From assembly GCA_045106895.1 (NCBI GenBank), contig JBGCFM010000129.1:1-50626 (forward strand): DNA of 50,626 nucleotides, given 5' to 3'. Of the stretch, positions 27,307 through 35,713 are shown in pieces. Position numbers and translations under genes: made by a program. Within the stretch, counting starts at the first letter, position 1. Every line of letters starts with the position of its first letter. The notes beneath the pieces are model-generated. The model saw nothing but the letters and a program-made list of their open reading frames with translations, was not told the origin of the DNA and made no database searches. The DNA comes from Polyangiales bacterium. Its GTDB lineage: Bacteria; Myxococcota_A; Polyangia; Polyangiales; Houyiibacteriaceae.

Positions 27307-29817
27307 TCATATGCACAGAGGGACTTCGATGGCTGAGCTCGTGTTCTGAATCTCCGCTCTTGTTCGAATGACGAAGTCAGCGGCGTTGTTGTTGGTGTCG
27401 CGGCTGTTTCCGCGATCGGCGTCATCGCCGCCGCTCTCCATGTCGGCCAGTACCGAGCCCGAACAGGCTTTTCGCTCGAAGGATTGACCGAAAACTGCCG
27501 TTGGCAGTCGGGGGCCTTCCGTATCTCCATTGTTGCCCCAGCCCACGGTGTCGATGATTCGCGTTGAACACAGCAGTCGCACGGACGCTGCGCTGTTGAT
27601 ATTAACCAGAGCACTGGTGTCGGGGGAGCCCTGCCCGATGGAGTAAAATCCATGGCCCGGGACGACGCCGCTCAAGTTGATATTCGAGAACCCGCCGCCG
27701 GGGTTCTGGTAGCGAAGGCGGCAACCGTTGACGGACGCAGCGTCGATGGACGCATTGTAAAGCTCAACGATGCTTCCGGAGACTCCGGATCGGAAACTGA
27801 CTTCGCTGATGACAAGCGTCGCGGTACAGCTGCCCCCGGAGTTGCACACGCCGCCACCGCAGGGGGCGCCAGGAGTAGGGGTTGATTCGCAGGAGCCTAC
27901 CGTGCAGACCCCAACGTTGCACACGCTCGACGTGGGCATGCATGCACCCCCGTTGTTGATCGGCGTGGCGGCGCCGCAGACTCCGGTCCCGGTGCAGGTT
28001 CGCGCGGAGCATGCACCGACATCGCCGCCGCATGGTGTGCTGGACGAAGCGTTTTCCGCCACAGGGCAGCTACCCGCCCCGTCGCAGGTCTGTTCGAGGG
28101 TGCACTCCGTCGCCGCGCGACATGTTTGTGTACTCGGCTGAAACTGCACTACGCATTCGCCATCGTCGCAGACAGATTGGGCGAAACAGCCAGAAGGGGA
28201 GTCGCCGCAGGTGGTTCCATCGACTTCCCTTCGCTCCACGCAAGAACCCGCTCCGTCGCATGTGTTGGGGCGGTCGCAGTCGTTGCCCACTTCCGCAGCG
28301 CCGCAGCTTGTTCCTTCATCGCGCGGCATTGGCTCGGGGGCATCTACGCAGATGGGACTTCCAGTGGAGCAATCGAAGATGCCGAACTCGCAAGGGTTGC
28401 TCGGTGACGGGCATGGTTGGTTGCATGCTTCGTCGGGAGGCAGACACGTGCCGCCGGCGGTGCAGGTTCCCTCCGTGGTGGAGTCTGGCACCGTGCACAT
28501 ACCCGTCCTGACTTCAGTATCGGATTCGCACTCCGTGGGGCTGCCCGCGCCGTCGCTGGGCTGACAGAACTCTGCCGGGTCGCAAGGGCCCGTGGGTGCA
28601 CGGCAGAGCGATGCAGCCTCCGCGTATACGTCCTCGGGGCACGTTTCGCTGGTGCCGGTGCAGGACTCGCTGGTGTCGCAGAGGCCTTCGTCCCGGCTAG
28701 GACGGCACTGGGTGCCCATCGGGACCAAAGCGTTGGAGCATTCCGAGGACACACCGTCGCAGGTGTCGACGGCGTCACACAGTCCCGGACGTTTCGCCCG
28801 GCACTCTGTTCCCGACGGAAGCACGGAGTCCTCGGGGCACGCGAGGCTTGCACCGTCGCACACTTCCGCCGCGTCACAGAGGCCAATGGGGAGTCGGCAG
28901 GTGTCCCCATCATCGCGCGCTTCGCCCGTCCCGACACACATCGGAGCGTCACCTGTGCAGTCGAGCCTGCCGACCTCACACGACTCTCCAAGGGAGCAGG
29001 GCCCGTCACATGCCGCGCATCCTCCGTCGATGCACACTTCGTCACCGTCTCCGCACGACGTGCCGTCCGCTTGTGTTTGCGGAACACATGCGCCCTCCGC
29101 GGAGCACATGCTGGCGAGCGCACAAACGCCCTCGGCGTCTCCACATTCGCGCCCCGCGACGAAGGTGGAACCCTCATCCGGTGTACACACGGCGATATCT
29201 CCGTCGCATACGAGGTGAGCCAAGACACAGGGCGCGCTCTCCAGTGCACATTCCTCACCCGCGCCCTCGCACGTCGGCGGCGTCACAACGTCCGTGGACG
29301 CGTCCATTGCATCCACCCCGGCGTCTGCCACTGGGCTCCCGGGAGCAGGAAGCAAGGAAGGATCGATGAATGGCGTGTCAACGCAGGTTCCGCCACTGCA
29401 CGTCTCGTCGACGTTGTTCGCGGAGTCGACCTCGCAGCTTCGGCGAAGGCACGCCGCCTCGAGGTAGACGCGAAGCACACGCGTTTCGTCGGCGATGTAT
29501 CCACTGATCACGCGTGCGCGAACGACAGCCTGCCCGGACGTATCCAGGGCGGAAACGTTGAGACGATACGTGCGCGTGACGTCGCCATTCGCAGGTGCGA
29601 GCACATGCTGACGAGGCCACGAATTCGCCAACGTTGAGACGAGCTGCACGGTTTGAAAACCGTCGTCGCCAAGGCCGCGGGCGGCAATGTCGATGGAGAG
29701 GCTCTGCGTGAGCTCCCGTACGGCCTCGTCGGCGTCGATTTCAACGATGACCTGCGTGGGAGAAGAGCTGCATGCGACGAGGGACAGCACGAGGGCAATA
29801 CGAGTAAAGTTGGACAC
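27307..29817 (-). CDS. Cys-rich modular lipoprotein with disintegrin-like repeats and C-terminal lamin-tail (LTD) domain
   Basis: Lipobox LVAC; CRx4-7CDxx[ED]xC repeats; LVISEV...VELYN...DTVGWG...SFERK...DTNNNAADF. GTG at 29817 lies one base past the upstream stop. Confidence 0.8.
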   Translation of the reverse strand: MSNFTRIALVLSLVACSSSPTQVIVEIDADEAVRELTQSLSIDIAARGLGDDGFQTVQLVSTLANSWPRQHVLAPANGDVTRTYRLNVSALDTSGQAVVRARVISGYIADETRVLRVYLEAACLRRSCEVDSANNVDETCSGGTCVDTPFIDPSLLPAPGSPVADAGVDAMDASTDVVTPPTCEGAGEECALESAPCVLAHLVCDGDIAVCTPDEGSTFVAGRECGDAEGVCALASMCSAEGACVPQTQADGTSCGDGDEVCIDGGCAACDGPCSLGESCEVGRLDCTGDAPMCVGTGEARDDGDTCRLPIGLCDAAEVCDGASLACPEDSVLPSGTECRAKRPGLCDAVDTCDGVSSECSNALVPMGTQCRPSRDEGLCDTSESCTGTSETCPEDVYAEAASLCRAPTGPCDPAEFCQPSDGAGSPTECESDTEVRTGMCTVPDSTTEGTCTAGGTCLPPDEACNQPCPSPSNPCEFGIFDCSTGSPICVDAPEPMPRDEGTSCGAAEVGNDCDRPNTCDGAGSCVERREVDGTTCGDSPSGCFAQSVCDDGECVVQFQPSTQTCRAATECTLEQTCDGAGSCPVAENASSSTPCGGDVGACSARTCTGTGVCGAATPINNGGACMPTSSVCNVGVCTVGSCESTPTPGAPCGGGVCNSGGSCTATLVISEVSFRSGVSGSIVELYNASIDAASVNGCRLRYQNPGGGFSNINLSGVVPGHGFYSIGQGSPDTSALVNINSAASVRLLCSTRIIDTVGWGNNGDTEGPRLPTAVFGQSFERKACSGSVLADMESGGDDADRGNSRDTNNNAADFVIRTRAEIQNTSSAIEVPLCI

Positions 29818-29818
29818 C

Positions 29819-30451
29819 TTAGAAGCTCCCCAGCGTGTATGTGGTGGCGCCGAAGTCACTTGGTGCGAAGGCGTCTCCGTCGCGGGTCAGGCCCACGGCG
29901 AGTCCAACGCCAGCTCCTACGACGACAACACCGATCAAGACGCCGATCCACCAACGGGAAGGGCGCGCTTCCGCTGCAGCCGCTGCGGCTTCGGCCTCGG
30001 CTCGTTCCGCTTCGAGTCGTTCGCGCTCGCTGTGTCGACGAGCAACGGCCTGTCGCAGCGCGGTGATACGGCCGGTGACCTGTTCCAGGTACGGAGAGTC
30101 CGGAACCGCTGCGAGGTAGCTTTCGAAGCTATCGAGGGCTTCCTGATCCATTCGTAGGCGATCCTGAGAGAGACCTACGTTGTACTGAAGCGCGGGGCGG
30201 CCAGTGAGTTCGTAGGCTTCAGAGAACGCGCTGAGGGACGTCTCGTAGTCGCCCGCGTCAAAGGCAACGCGGCCCCGTTCAAAGGCTGCTCGGCCCAGGC
30301 GATCCGCCTCTGCCTCGGCATCCGCCTCTACCTGCGCCTCGGGTTGGGTCGCTTCTTCCGCCTGAACCTGTGAGGGCGCCGCGGAAAAGAGTGCGATGAG
30401 TGAGAGCAACACTCCTCGCGTTAGAAGGGCCCCGCGCGTCGGTAAGTACAT
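29819..30451 (-). CDS. Exported TPR protein with C-terminal Gly-rich hydrophobic segment
   Basis: Signal peptide; AFERGRVAFDAGDY..AYEL..PALQYNVG..EALDSFESYL TPRs; coiled coil; WWIGVLIGVVVVGAGVGLAVGL. Confidence 0.85.
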   Translation of the reverse strand: MYLPTRGALLTRGVLLSLIALFSAAPSQVQAEEATQPEAQVEADAEAEADRLGRAAFERGRVAFDAGDYETSLSAFSEAYELTGRPALQYNVGLSQDRLRMDQEALDSFESYLAAVPDSPYLEQVTGRITALRQAVARRHSERERLEAERAEAEAAAAAAEARPSRWWIGVLIGVVVVGAGVGLAVGLTRDGDAFAPSDFGATTYTLGSF

Positions 30452-30828
30452 TCCGTCCACTATACCGGAAAGGAAAGCCCACCCAACAAACGCGTTGACA
30501 TCGTCATGTACCTCTACCGTGTCACTACACGAGCCGGCGAGGTGTGACGAGCGCGCGCTTGATGTCCGGCTGAGATGGGCGGAATCGCGCGGCGCCGCGA
30601 AGCCCTACGTACGCGGTTTGGGAGGCGTGACACTTTGGAACGTTCGAAGTCCACCTTGGGGCGTTTTGCCCCGGTGAACACACTCTGACGTCGCGTTCCC
30701 GCTCGGCGCGGTGCTGAAAAAAAGTTGCGGAACGAGTCTTGCTTTTATCTACGGCAACCAAGAACACCAAGACAAAAGAGGACGTCATCGAAGACCGAAA
30801 ACACAAAACGAACACCTGGACCATCAAC

Positions 30829-31137
30829 ATGGACGGCACCCCCGTCGGCACGCGGAGCGCCAAGAGTTCGCGCGCGACGTCGCGACGAGAGGGTGCACGT
30901 GCGCGCGACTGGCCAACGATGGCGCGCTGGGTTCGTGCGCGGATCCGCACCTCGCCACCGCGGGGCTACGTGCGCGGCAAAACACGTCTACGGAACGACC
31001 TCGTCGACCAGTTGGGTCTGACGCCGCTTCGCGCGGAGATGTTCATCGACCACATGGAGAGCAGCGGCGCCATCGAGTACGCGGGCTCCCCTGACCGCTT
31101 GGACCACGGCATGCGTGAGTGGCTCGTCGTCGAATAG
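30829..31137 (+). CDS. Small hypothetical protein (possible winged-helix-like); start uncertain
   Basis: PPRGYVRGKTRLRNDLVDQLG..AEMFIDHMESSGAIEY looks globular; alternative starts at 30739 and 30919. Confidence 0.55.
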   Translation: MDGTPVGTRSAKSSRATSRREGARARDWPTMARWVRARIRTSPPRGYVRGKTRLRNDLVDQLGLTPLRAEMFIDHMESSGAIEYAGSPDRLDHGMREWLVVE

Positions 31138-31147
31138 TGGGTGGAGG

Positions 31148-32161
31148 CTAGTCGCCGAGAGCCGCGTCTTCCGTGGCCTCCTCGCGGCGAGCACGAGCGC
31201 GCGCCAACGAGAAGAGGATGGCCAAAGCCAAGGCGGAGACGATGATGAGAAGAGAGATCCAATTGGGGACATGGAACCACTCGTGCGCGATCATCTTTCC
31301 ACCGACGAACATCAAGATCGCGGCGAGGGCGTAGCGTAGCTCGTGGAACTTGGCGACGGCGTTGTCGAGGACGAAGTAGAGGCTGCGCAGGCCCAAGATT
31401 GCGAAGATGTTGGACGTGTAGACGATGAAGGGCTCGGGCGCGACGGCGAGGACGGCAGGGATCGAGTCCAGGGCGAAGACAAGGTCAGTCCACTCGATGG
31501 TGACCAGCGCCAAGCCGAGGGAGGTGAGCATGCGTTTGCCATCGATGCGCGTGAGGAAGTGACCTTCGTGGGGAACGTCCTTGGGCGCGACATGGAGCCA
31601 GCGTCGGAGTCGTTTGTTTCCCTCGCCTTCCTCTTCGTCGTCGCTCACGTCCTTCTCTGGCAGCAGGAGCTTGAAGCCGGTGTACGCGAGGTAGGCGCCG
31701 AAAACGTAGAAGAGCCATTCGAAGCGGTGAAGGAGCCAGAGCCCGCCGAGGAGCATCGCGGCACGCATAACGACGGCACCGAGGACGCCCCAGAAGAGAA
31801 CGCGGTGGCGATACTTGGGCTCGACCTTGAAACGCTGAAAGATGAGCGCGATGACAAAGATGTTGTCGATGCTCAGTGACTTCTCAAGGAGGTAGGCGGT
31901 GATGTAGCGAGTGGCCGCACGGAAGCCCGGCGACTCAGGGTTTTCAAGAACATTTCCGCTCTCGTCGAGGAGATGCATGTAGCCGTTCTCGAAGAGGAAG
32001 TAGACGACGCCGGAGAAGGCGGTGCCGATGGTGATCCAGGCGGCGGTCCACATGAGCGATTCACGCGCGCTCGGCGCGTGGTCGGTCTTGTTGAAGACGC
32101 CCAGGTCGAGGGCGAGCATCACGATGACGAGGGCAAAGAAGCCCACCCAAGCCAAAATCAC
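31148..32161 (-). CDS. TerC/Alx-family membrane protein
   Basis: YLLEKSLSIDNIFV, RVLFWGVLGAVVMR, IEWTDLVFALDSIPA, TSNIFAILGLRSLYF. Confidence 0.93.
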   Translation of the reverse strand: MILAWVGFFALVIVMLALDLGVFNKTDHAPSARESLMWTAAWITIGTAFSGVVYFLFENGYMHLLDESGNVLENPESPGFRAATRYITAYLLEKSLSIDNIFVIALIFQRFKVEPKYRHRVLFWGVLGAVVMRAAMLLGGLWLLHRFEWLFYVFGAYLAYTGFKLLLPEKDVSDDEEEGEGNKRLRRWLHVAPKDVPHEGHFLTRIDGKRMLTSLGLALVTIEWTDLVFALDSIPAVLAVAPEPFIVYTSNIFAILGLRSLYFVLDNAVAKFHELRYALAAILMFVGGKMIAHEWFHVPNWISLLIIVSALALAILFSLARARARREEATEDAALGD

Positions 32162-32183
32162 AGTTTCTCCCTACTCTTGCAGC

Positions 32184-33254
32184 TCACGGAGTCTCCCGGG
32201 CGGCATCATGCGCCGCGCATTCGTTCGGATCCAACCAGTTTCTTACGTATGTTTCAAACTCGAGGGTGAGCCTGTGCCCGTTTCCGTCGAGTTCAATTTC
32301 CGTCTCCACGCGGCCTGAAATACGCCCGCCAAGCTCCGTCTCAACGACGCGGTCTTGAATCTCGACCTGGCTCACGACTCCAAGGATCGTTTGCCCGTCG
32401 AAGTAGCGAAGCTCCGCTGGCAGGCCGTGATCGCCAAACGTGAGGTGGGCGCGCGGCGAGCCACGCCCTTCGAGAACGACTTGTGTTCTGCAAGCCTCGC
32501 GCCGGAGCACGATGCCGCGGGTGAGATCCGCGCTCAACGGAACATCGCCGGAGGGCAGCGCGACGTGCCCCTCATAATCGACGGTGAGGGGAGGGGGCGC
32601 GGGCCGTATTTCGCGCGGACCGTGGCGAGCCACGAGCGCCCGACAAGTGGCGCTTCCGGGGATAGTCGCGTGTTCGCATGCGCTCAAATCTCCACGGGTG
32701 ACAGCGTCGCAGACGCTTCGCTCATTGCTCGGGGCACCCGCGCATAGTTCCGCTCGGCCTGTGGACCAGGCGAGGCATGATGAGTCAGGGTCGCCGTCGC
32801 GCGTCGCGCACGCCGCTGGGTCTCCCAGCAGAAGCGCGACGCGTCGTCGGCACCCCTCTTGAAGCGCACTTGTCGCAAGTTCGTCGCAGCGCTCCACGTT
32901 CCGCTCCGACGCCGCGGCCAAACCAGTGCAAACATCGTCGATGAGTCGTTCGTAACGCAGGTCGGCGAGGAGGTCACCGAGGGCCGAAGGAAGCGCGGCC
33001 CCGAGCCTGGATTTGCACGACTCGAGGCCGTCGAACTCCGCCACATCCTCTTCAAAGCGCGTGACTTCCCCGGAGAACGCCGAAAACGAAGGCTCCACCT
33101 GCTCTTCCGCACTCTCCGCCTGCGACGCTGGCTGTGACGGTGGCTCCGGGAGAGGCTCTCGCGAGGAGGTGTCGTCGCATCCCGCGAGGAGCACAGCCAG
33201 CGCGAGAAAAGACCGCAGCTGGAGGCCTGGAGCGGTGAAACGTCGCGACATCAT
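32184..33254 (-). CDS. Cys-rich lipoprotein of unknown function
   Basis: Lipobox LAGC-DDT, helical repeats with paired Cys, beta-rich C-terminus. The ORF-track extension to 34286 is antisense to a real gene. Confidence 0.75.
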   Translation of the reverse strand: MMSRRFTAPGLQLRSFLALAVLLAGCDDTSSREPLPEPPSQPASQAESAEEQVEPSFSAFSGEVTRFEEDVAEFDGLESCKSRLGAALPSALGDLLADLRYERLIDDVCTGLAAASERNVERCDELATSALQEGCRRRVALLLGDPAACATRDGDPDSSCLAWSTGRAELCAGAPSNERSVCDAVTRGDLSACEHATIPGSATCRALVARHGPREIRPAPPPLTVDYEGHVALPSGDVPLSADLTRGIVLRREACRTQVVLEGRGSPRAHLTFGDHGLPAELRYFDGQTILGVVSQVEIQDRVVETELGGRISGRVETEIELDGNGHRLTLEFETYVRNWLDPNECAAHDAARETP

Positions 33255-33296
33255 CGCTTGTGCCTTACACTCTGGGCTGTGGCGCGTCACGTTCTC

Positions 33297-34541
33297 ATGG
33301 CTCTCATCTGCTTCACTCTCGCCCCTTGGCCGGCGGGTGCGAGAGCGCAATCCGAAGCGTCGCCGGGCGACGAGACGGCGGTCGCCGATGGCGAAGCGCA
33401 GGCCGACGAAGAACCTGAAGAGCCTGCGCCGCCGGTCGAAAGTGATGCTGCGGACAGCGCCGCCGCGGATAGCGCGGACAGCGCCACCTCGGATGTCGGC
33501 GGGGAAGTGAACGGAGAGGTCGACGCCGCCGAAGCAGAAGCAGAAGTGAGCGGGGCGAATGGTCTTGAGCCCGCGCCCCCAACGGACGACCGCTTGGTGG
33601 TGGTCGTCGTCGACGCTGCTGCTTATGGCATCGACCCTGTGGTGGGACAGCACGTGTCGCGGCAGATGCGCGAAACCGCGGAAGCCCTCGGGTACGCCGT
33701 GGTGTCTCAAGAAGACACCATCGCAGCGGCCCGCCGCGTCGAGATGCCCTACCCGCCGACCCCATCCGATCTTTGGCGCGTGACCTTCGCCGCGGAATCG
33801 CAACGCGGCGCATTCGCGCGAGTCTGGGCGGATGCAGGTCGTTACGTCCTGGAACTGAGCGTCGCGAGCGCCGACGGGACAGGGCCCTTCTTTGCGCGCG
33901 GAAGCGCAGGCGCCGAGGACTTGCACGCCGTCGTGGATGGCCTCCTGCGGGAGGCGATGCCAATGCCGGCTACCTATGATGCCGAGGCGGCCGCCGCCAT
34001 CGCTTCGAGCACGCCACAAGCGCGAACGCGTACGCGGGCCAGCTCGTCGCCTGTGCTTCGCCCCATGATATCGCCGCGCCCTGTTGTGCGCCGGGCGAGG
34101 CGGAACACACGTCCGTCTCGCCGCTTTGACATCGCGTTTCAAACCGAAGCCGCGTTTGGCGTGAGTGAAGACCGGTTCTACAATCACCTCGTCGGCGCAC
34201 GATTTGGCGTGCGTCTCACGAGGACCATCAGCCTTCAGCTCAACGCCTCGTACATCAACTTGCGCGGTCGAGGAGAACGCGCGCACAACATTCTACCGAT
34301 GCTCTTCTTCGAGAATCGTTTCCGCATCTCGTCGCGCATCGATCTCACGGTTCCGCTCCGCGTCGGTGTTGGATACCTACCCTTCAACGGCCCGGTGTTG
34401 CGCCTCGCGGCTGGACTCAACCTCCCGGTGTCGTCACGGGTTGAGATCGGAATCGACCTCCTCACGCCGACGTTCTGGTTCTTGCTGGACCAGACCCTCG
34501 TGTCTCTGAATATCGGCGCTGAGGTCATCTACCGGCTCTGA
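33297..34541 (+). CDS. Exported protein with acidic linker, alpha/beta domain and C-terminal outer-membrane beta-barrel
   Basis: Signal peptide (GARA|Q), D/E/A-rich linker, about 8 amphipathic strands ending LNIGAEVIYRL. Confidence 0.75.
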   Translation: MALICFTLAPWPAGARAQSEASPGDETAVADGEAQADEEPEEPAPPVESDAADSAAADSADSATSDVGGEVNGEVDAAEAEAEVSGANGLEPAPPTDDRLVVVVVDAAAYGIDPVVGQHVSRQMRETAEALGYAVVSQEDTIAAARRVEMPYPPTPSDLWRVTFAAESQRGAFARVWADAGRYVLELSVASADGTGPFFARGSAGAEDLHAVVDGLLREAMPMPATYDAEAAAAIASSTPQARTRTRASSSPVLRPMISPRPVVRRARRNTRPSRRFDIAFQTEAAFGVSEDRFYNHLVGARFGVRLTRTISLQLNASYINLRGRGERAHNILPMLFFENRFRISSRIDLTVPLRVGVGYLPFNGPVLRLAAGLNLPVSSRVEIGIDLLTPTFWFLLDQTLVSLNIGAEVIYRL

Positions 34542-34602
34542 TCTCGTTGTCCGGCGAGCCTGGTTTCTGGCCACTCGGCCCGCCCCGCGGTACCCTCCGC
34601 CG

Positions 34603-35466
34603 ATGTTCGCGACCTTTAATCGAAGCCTAAACATTGCGAAGACCACCTTCTCGGTCATGAAACAGGACCCGGAGATGGTCGGGTTTGCGTTACTCGGCGC
34701 CATCTCGTCCGTGCTCTTCATGGCGGCGCTTTTGGTCCCCACGATCATTCTGCAGTTCGTCGGCGCGACGACCTCTGAGGTGGCCTTCGGCGTGATTCAA
34801 TACCTCGCGCTCTTCTTCGTGTACTTCGGCCTCGCGTTCATCGCGACGTTCTTCAACACGTGTGTCGTATACACGGCGAAGGTCCGATTCGAAGGCGGCG
34901 ACGCGACCTTTGGGCAATCGCTCAAGTTTGCGTTCACGCGCTTGCCACAGATCGCTGCGTGGAGCGCAGTCGCCGCGTCGGTCGGTCTCTTCCTCAAGAT
35001 GCTCGACAACGCAGCACGCCGGAATGGCGGCGTCGTCGGAATGATCCTTCGCGGACTCTTGTCGGTGATGGGCTTCGCCTGGAGTGTGATGACCCTCTTC
35101 GTTGTCCCTGCCATGGTCTACGACGGCGTGGGCCCCATCGAGGCCATCAAGCGAAGCTCCAAGACGCTCAAGCAGACGTGGGGCGAAAGCCTGGCGCGGC
35201 ACTTCGGCTTTGGTCTCTTGCAGTTCTTGGTTTCGCTGCCGGGCTGGCTCGGGTTCTTCGTGGCCTTCGCCCTGGCTGGCACTTCCGTGGGTCTCGGCCT
35301 CACCGTTGGCTGCCTCTGCGTTGCGTACTTGATCGTGGTGACGCTCGTGTTTCAGGTCGCCAACTCCGTCTTCAACACGGCCCTCTTCCATTACGCTCGA
35401 AGCGGCCAGCCTGCCGGTAGCTACGACGCGCGTATGCTCCAGTCGGCCATCGGCGTCGCAGCTTAA
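34603..35466 (+). CDS. DUF6159-family membrane protein
   Basis: FIATFFN, IAAWSAVAASVG, AWSVMTLFVVP, EAIKRS..LKQTWGE. Confidence 0.75.
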   Translation: MFATFNRSLNIAKTTFSVMKQDPEMVGFALLGAISSVLFMAALLVPTIILQFVGATTSEVAFGVIQYLALFFVYFGLAFIATFFNTCVVYTAKVRFEGGDATFGQSLKFAFTRLPQIAAWSAVAASVGLFLKMLDNAARRNGGVVGMILRGLLSVMGFAWSVMTLFVVPAMVYDGVGPIEAIKRSSKTLKQTWGESLARHFGFGLLQFLVSLPGWLGFFVAFALAGTSVGLGLTVGCLCVAYLIVVTLVFQVANSVFNTALFHYARSGQPAGSYDARMLQSAIGVAA

Positions 35467-35713
35467 CGCGCTCGCAGCACACCTTTCCTCGCGATGCGTT
35501 CCACGTCGCGGACAGTCTCCCCGCGCTGGGCGATCCGTCGCGACGTGCTGTTTCCAGGGCGAAGATCCAATAGGAGCGGACTTTTCGGCTGCAGCAACCT
35601 GAGCGCGCCGATAACGGTCGCCGACTCTCAGTTTCAGCGGTAGACCGGCTATGCGAAGCCGCCGACGGGGCAGGGCGCTCATTCGCGAATTCAGACTCTT
35701 TAGGACCTACACG

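Noticed and set aside
30520..30720. TPP riboswitch or other ncRNA around GGCTGAGA
   Set aside because: Downstream CCUGAU/AGGGA elements absent; only short stems visible. An Rfam scan would settle it.
32162..32183. yybP-ykoY (Mn) riboswitch upstream of TerC/Alx
   Set aside because: Only 22 bp separate it from the upstream CDS.
33255..34286. N-terminal half of the 700-aa ORF 32184..34286
   Set aside because: Overlaps the plus-strand barrel gene; the lipoprotein signal peptide starts at about 33254.
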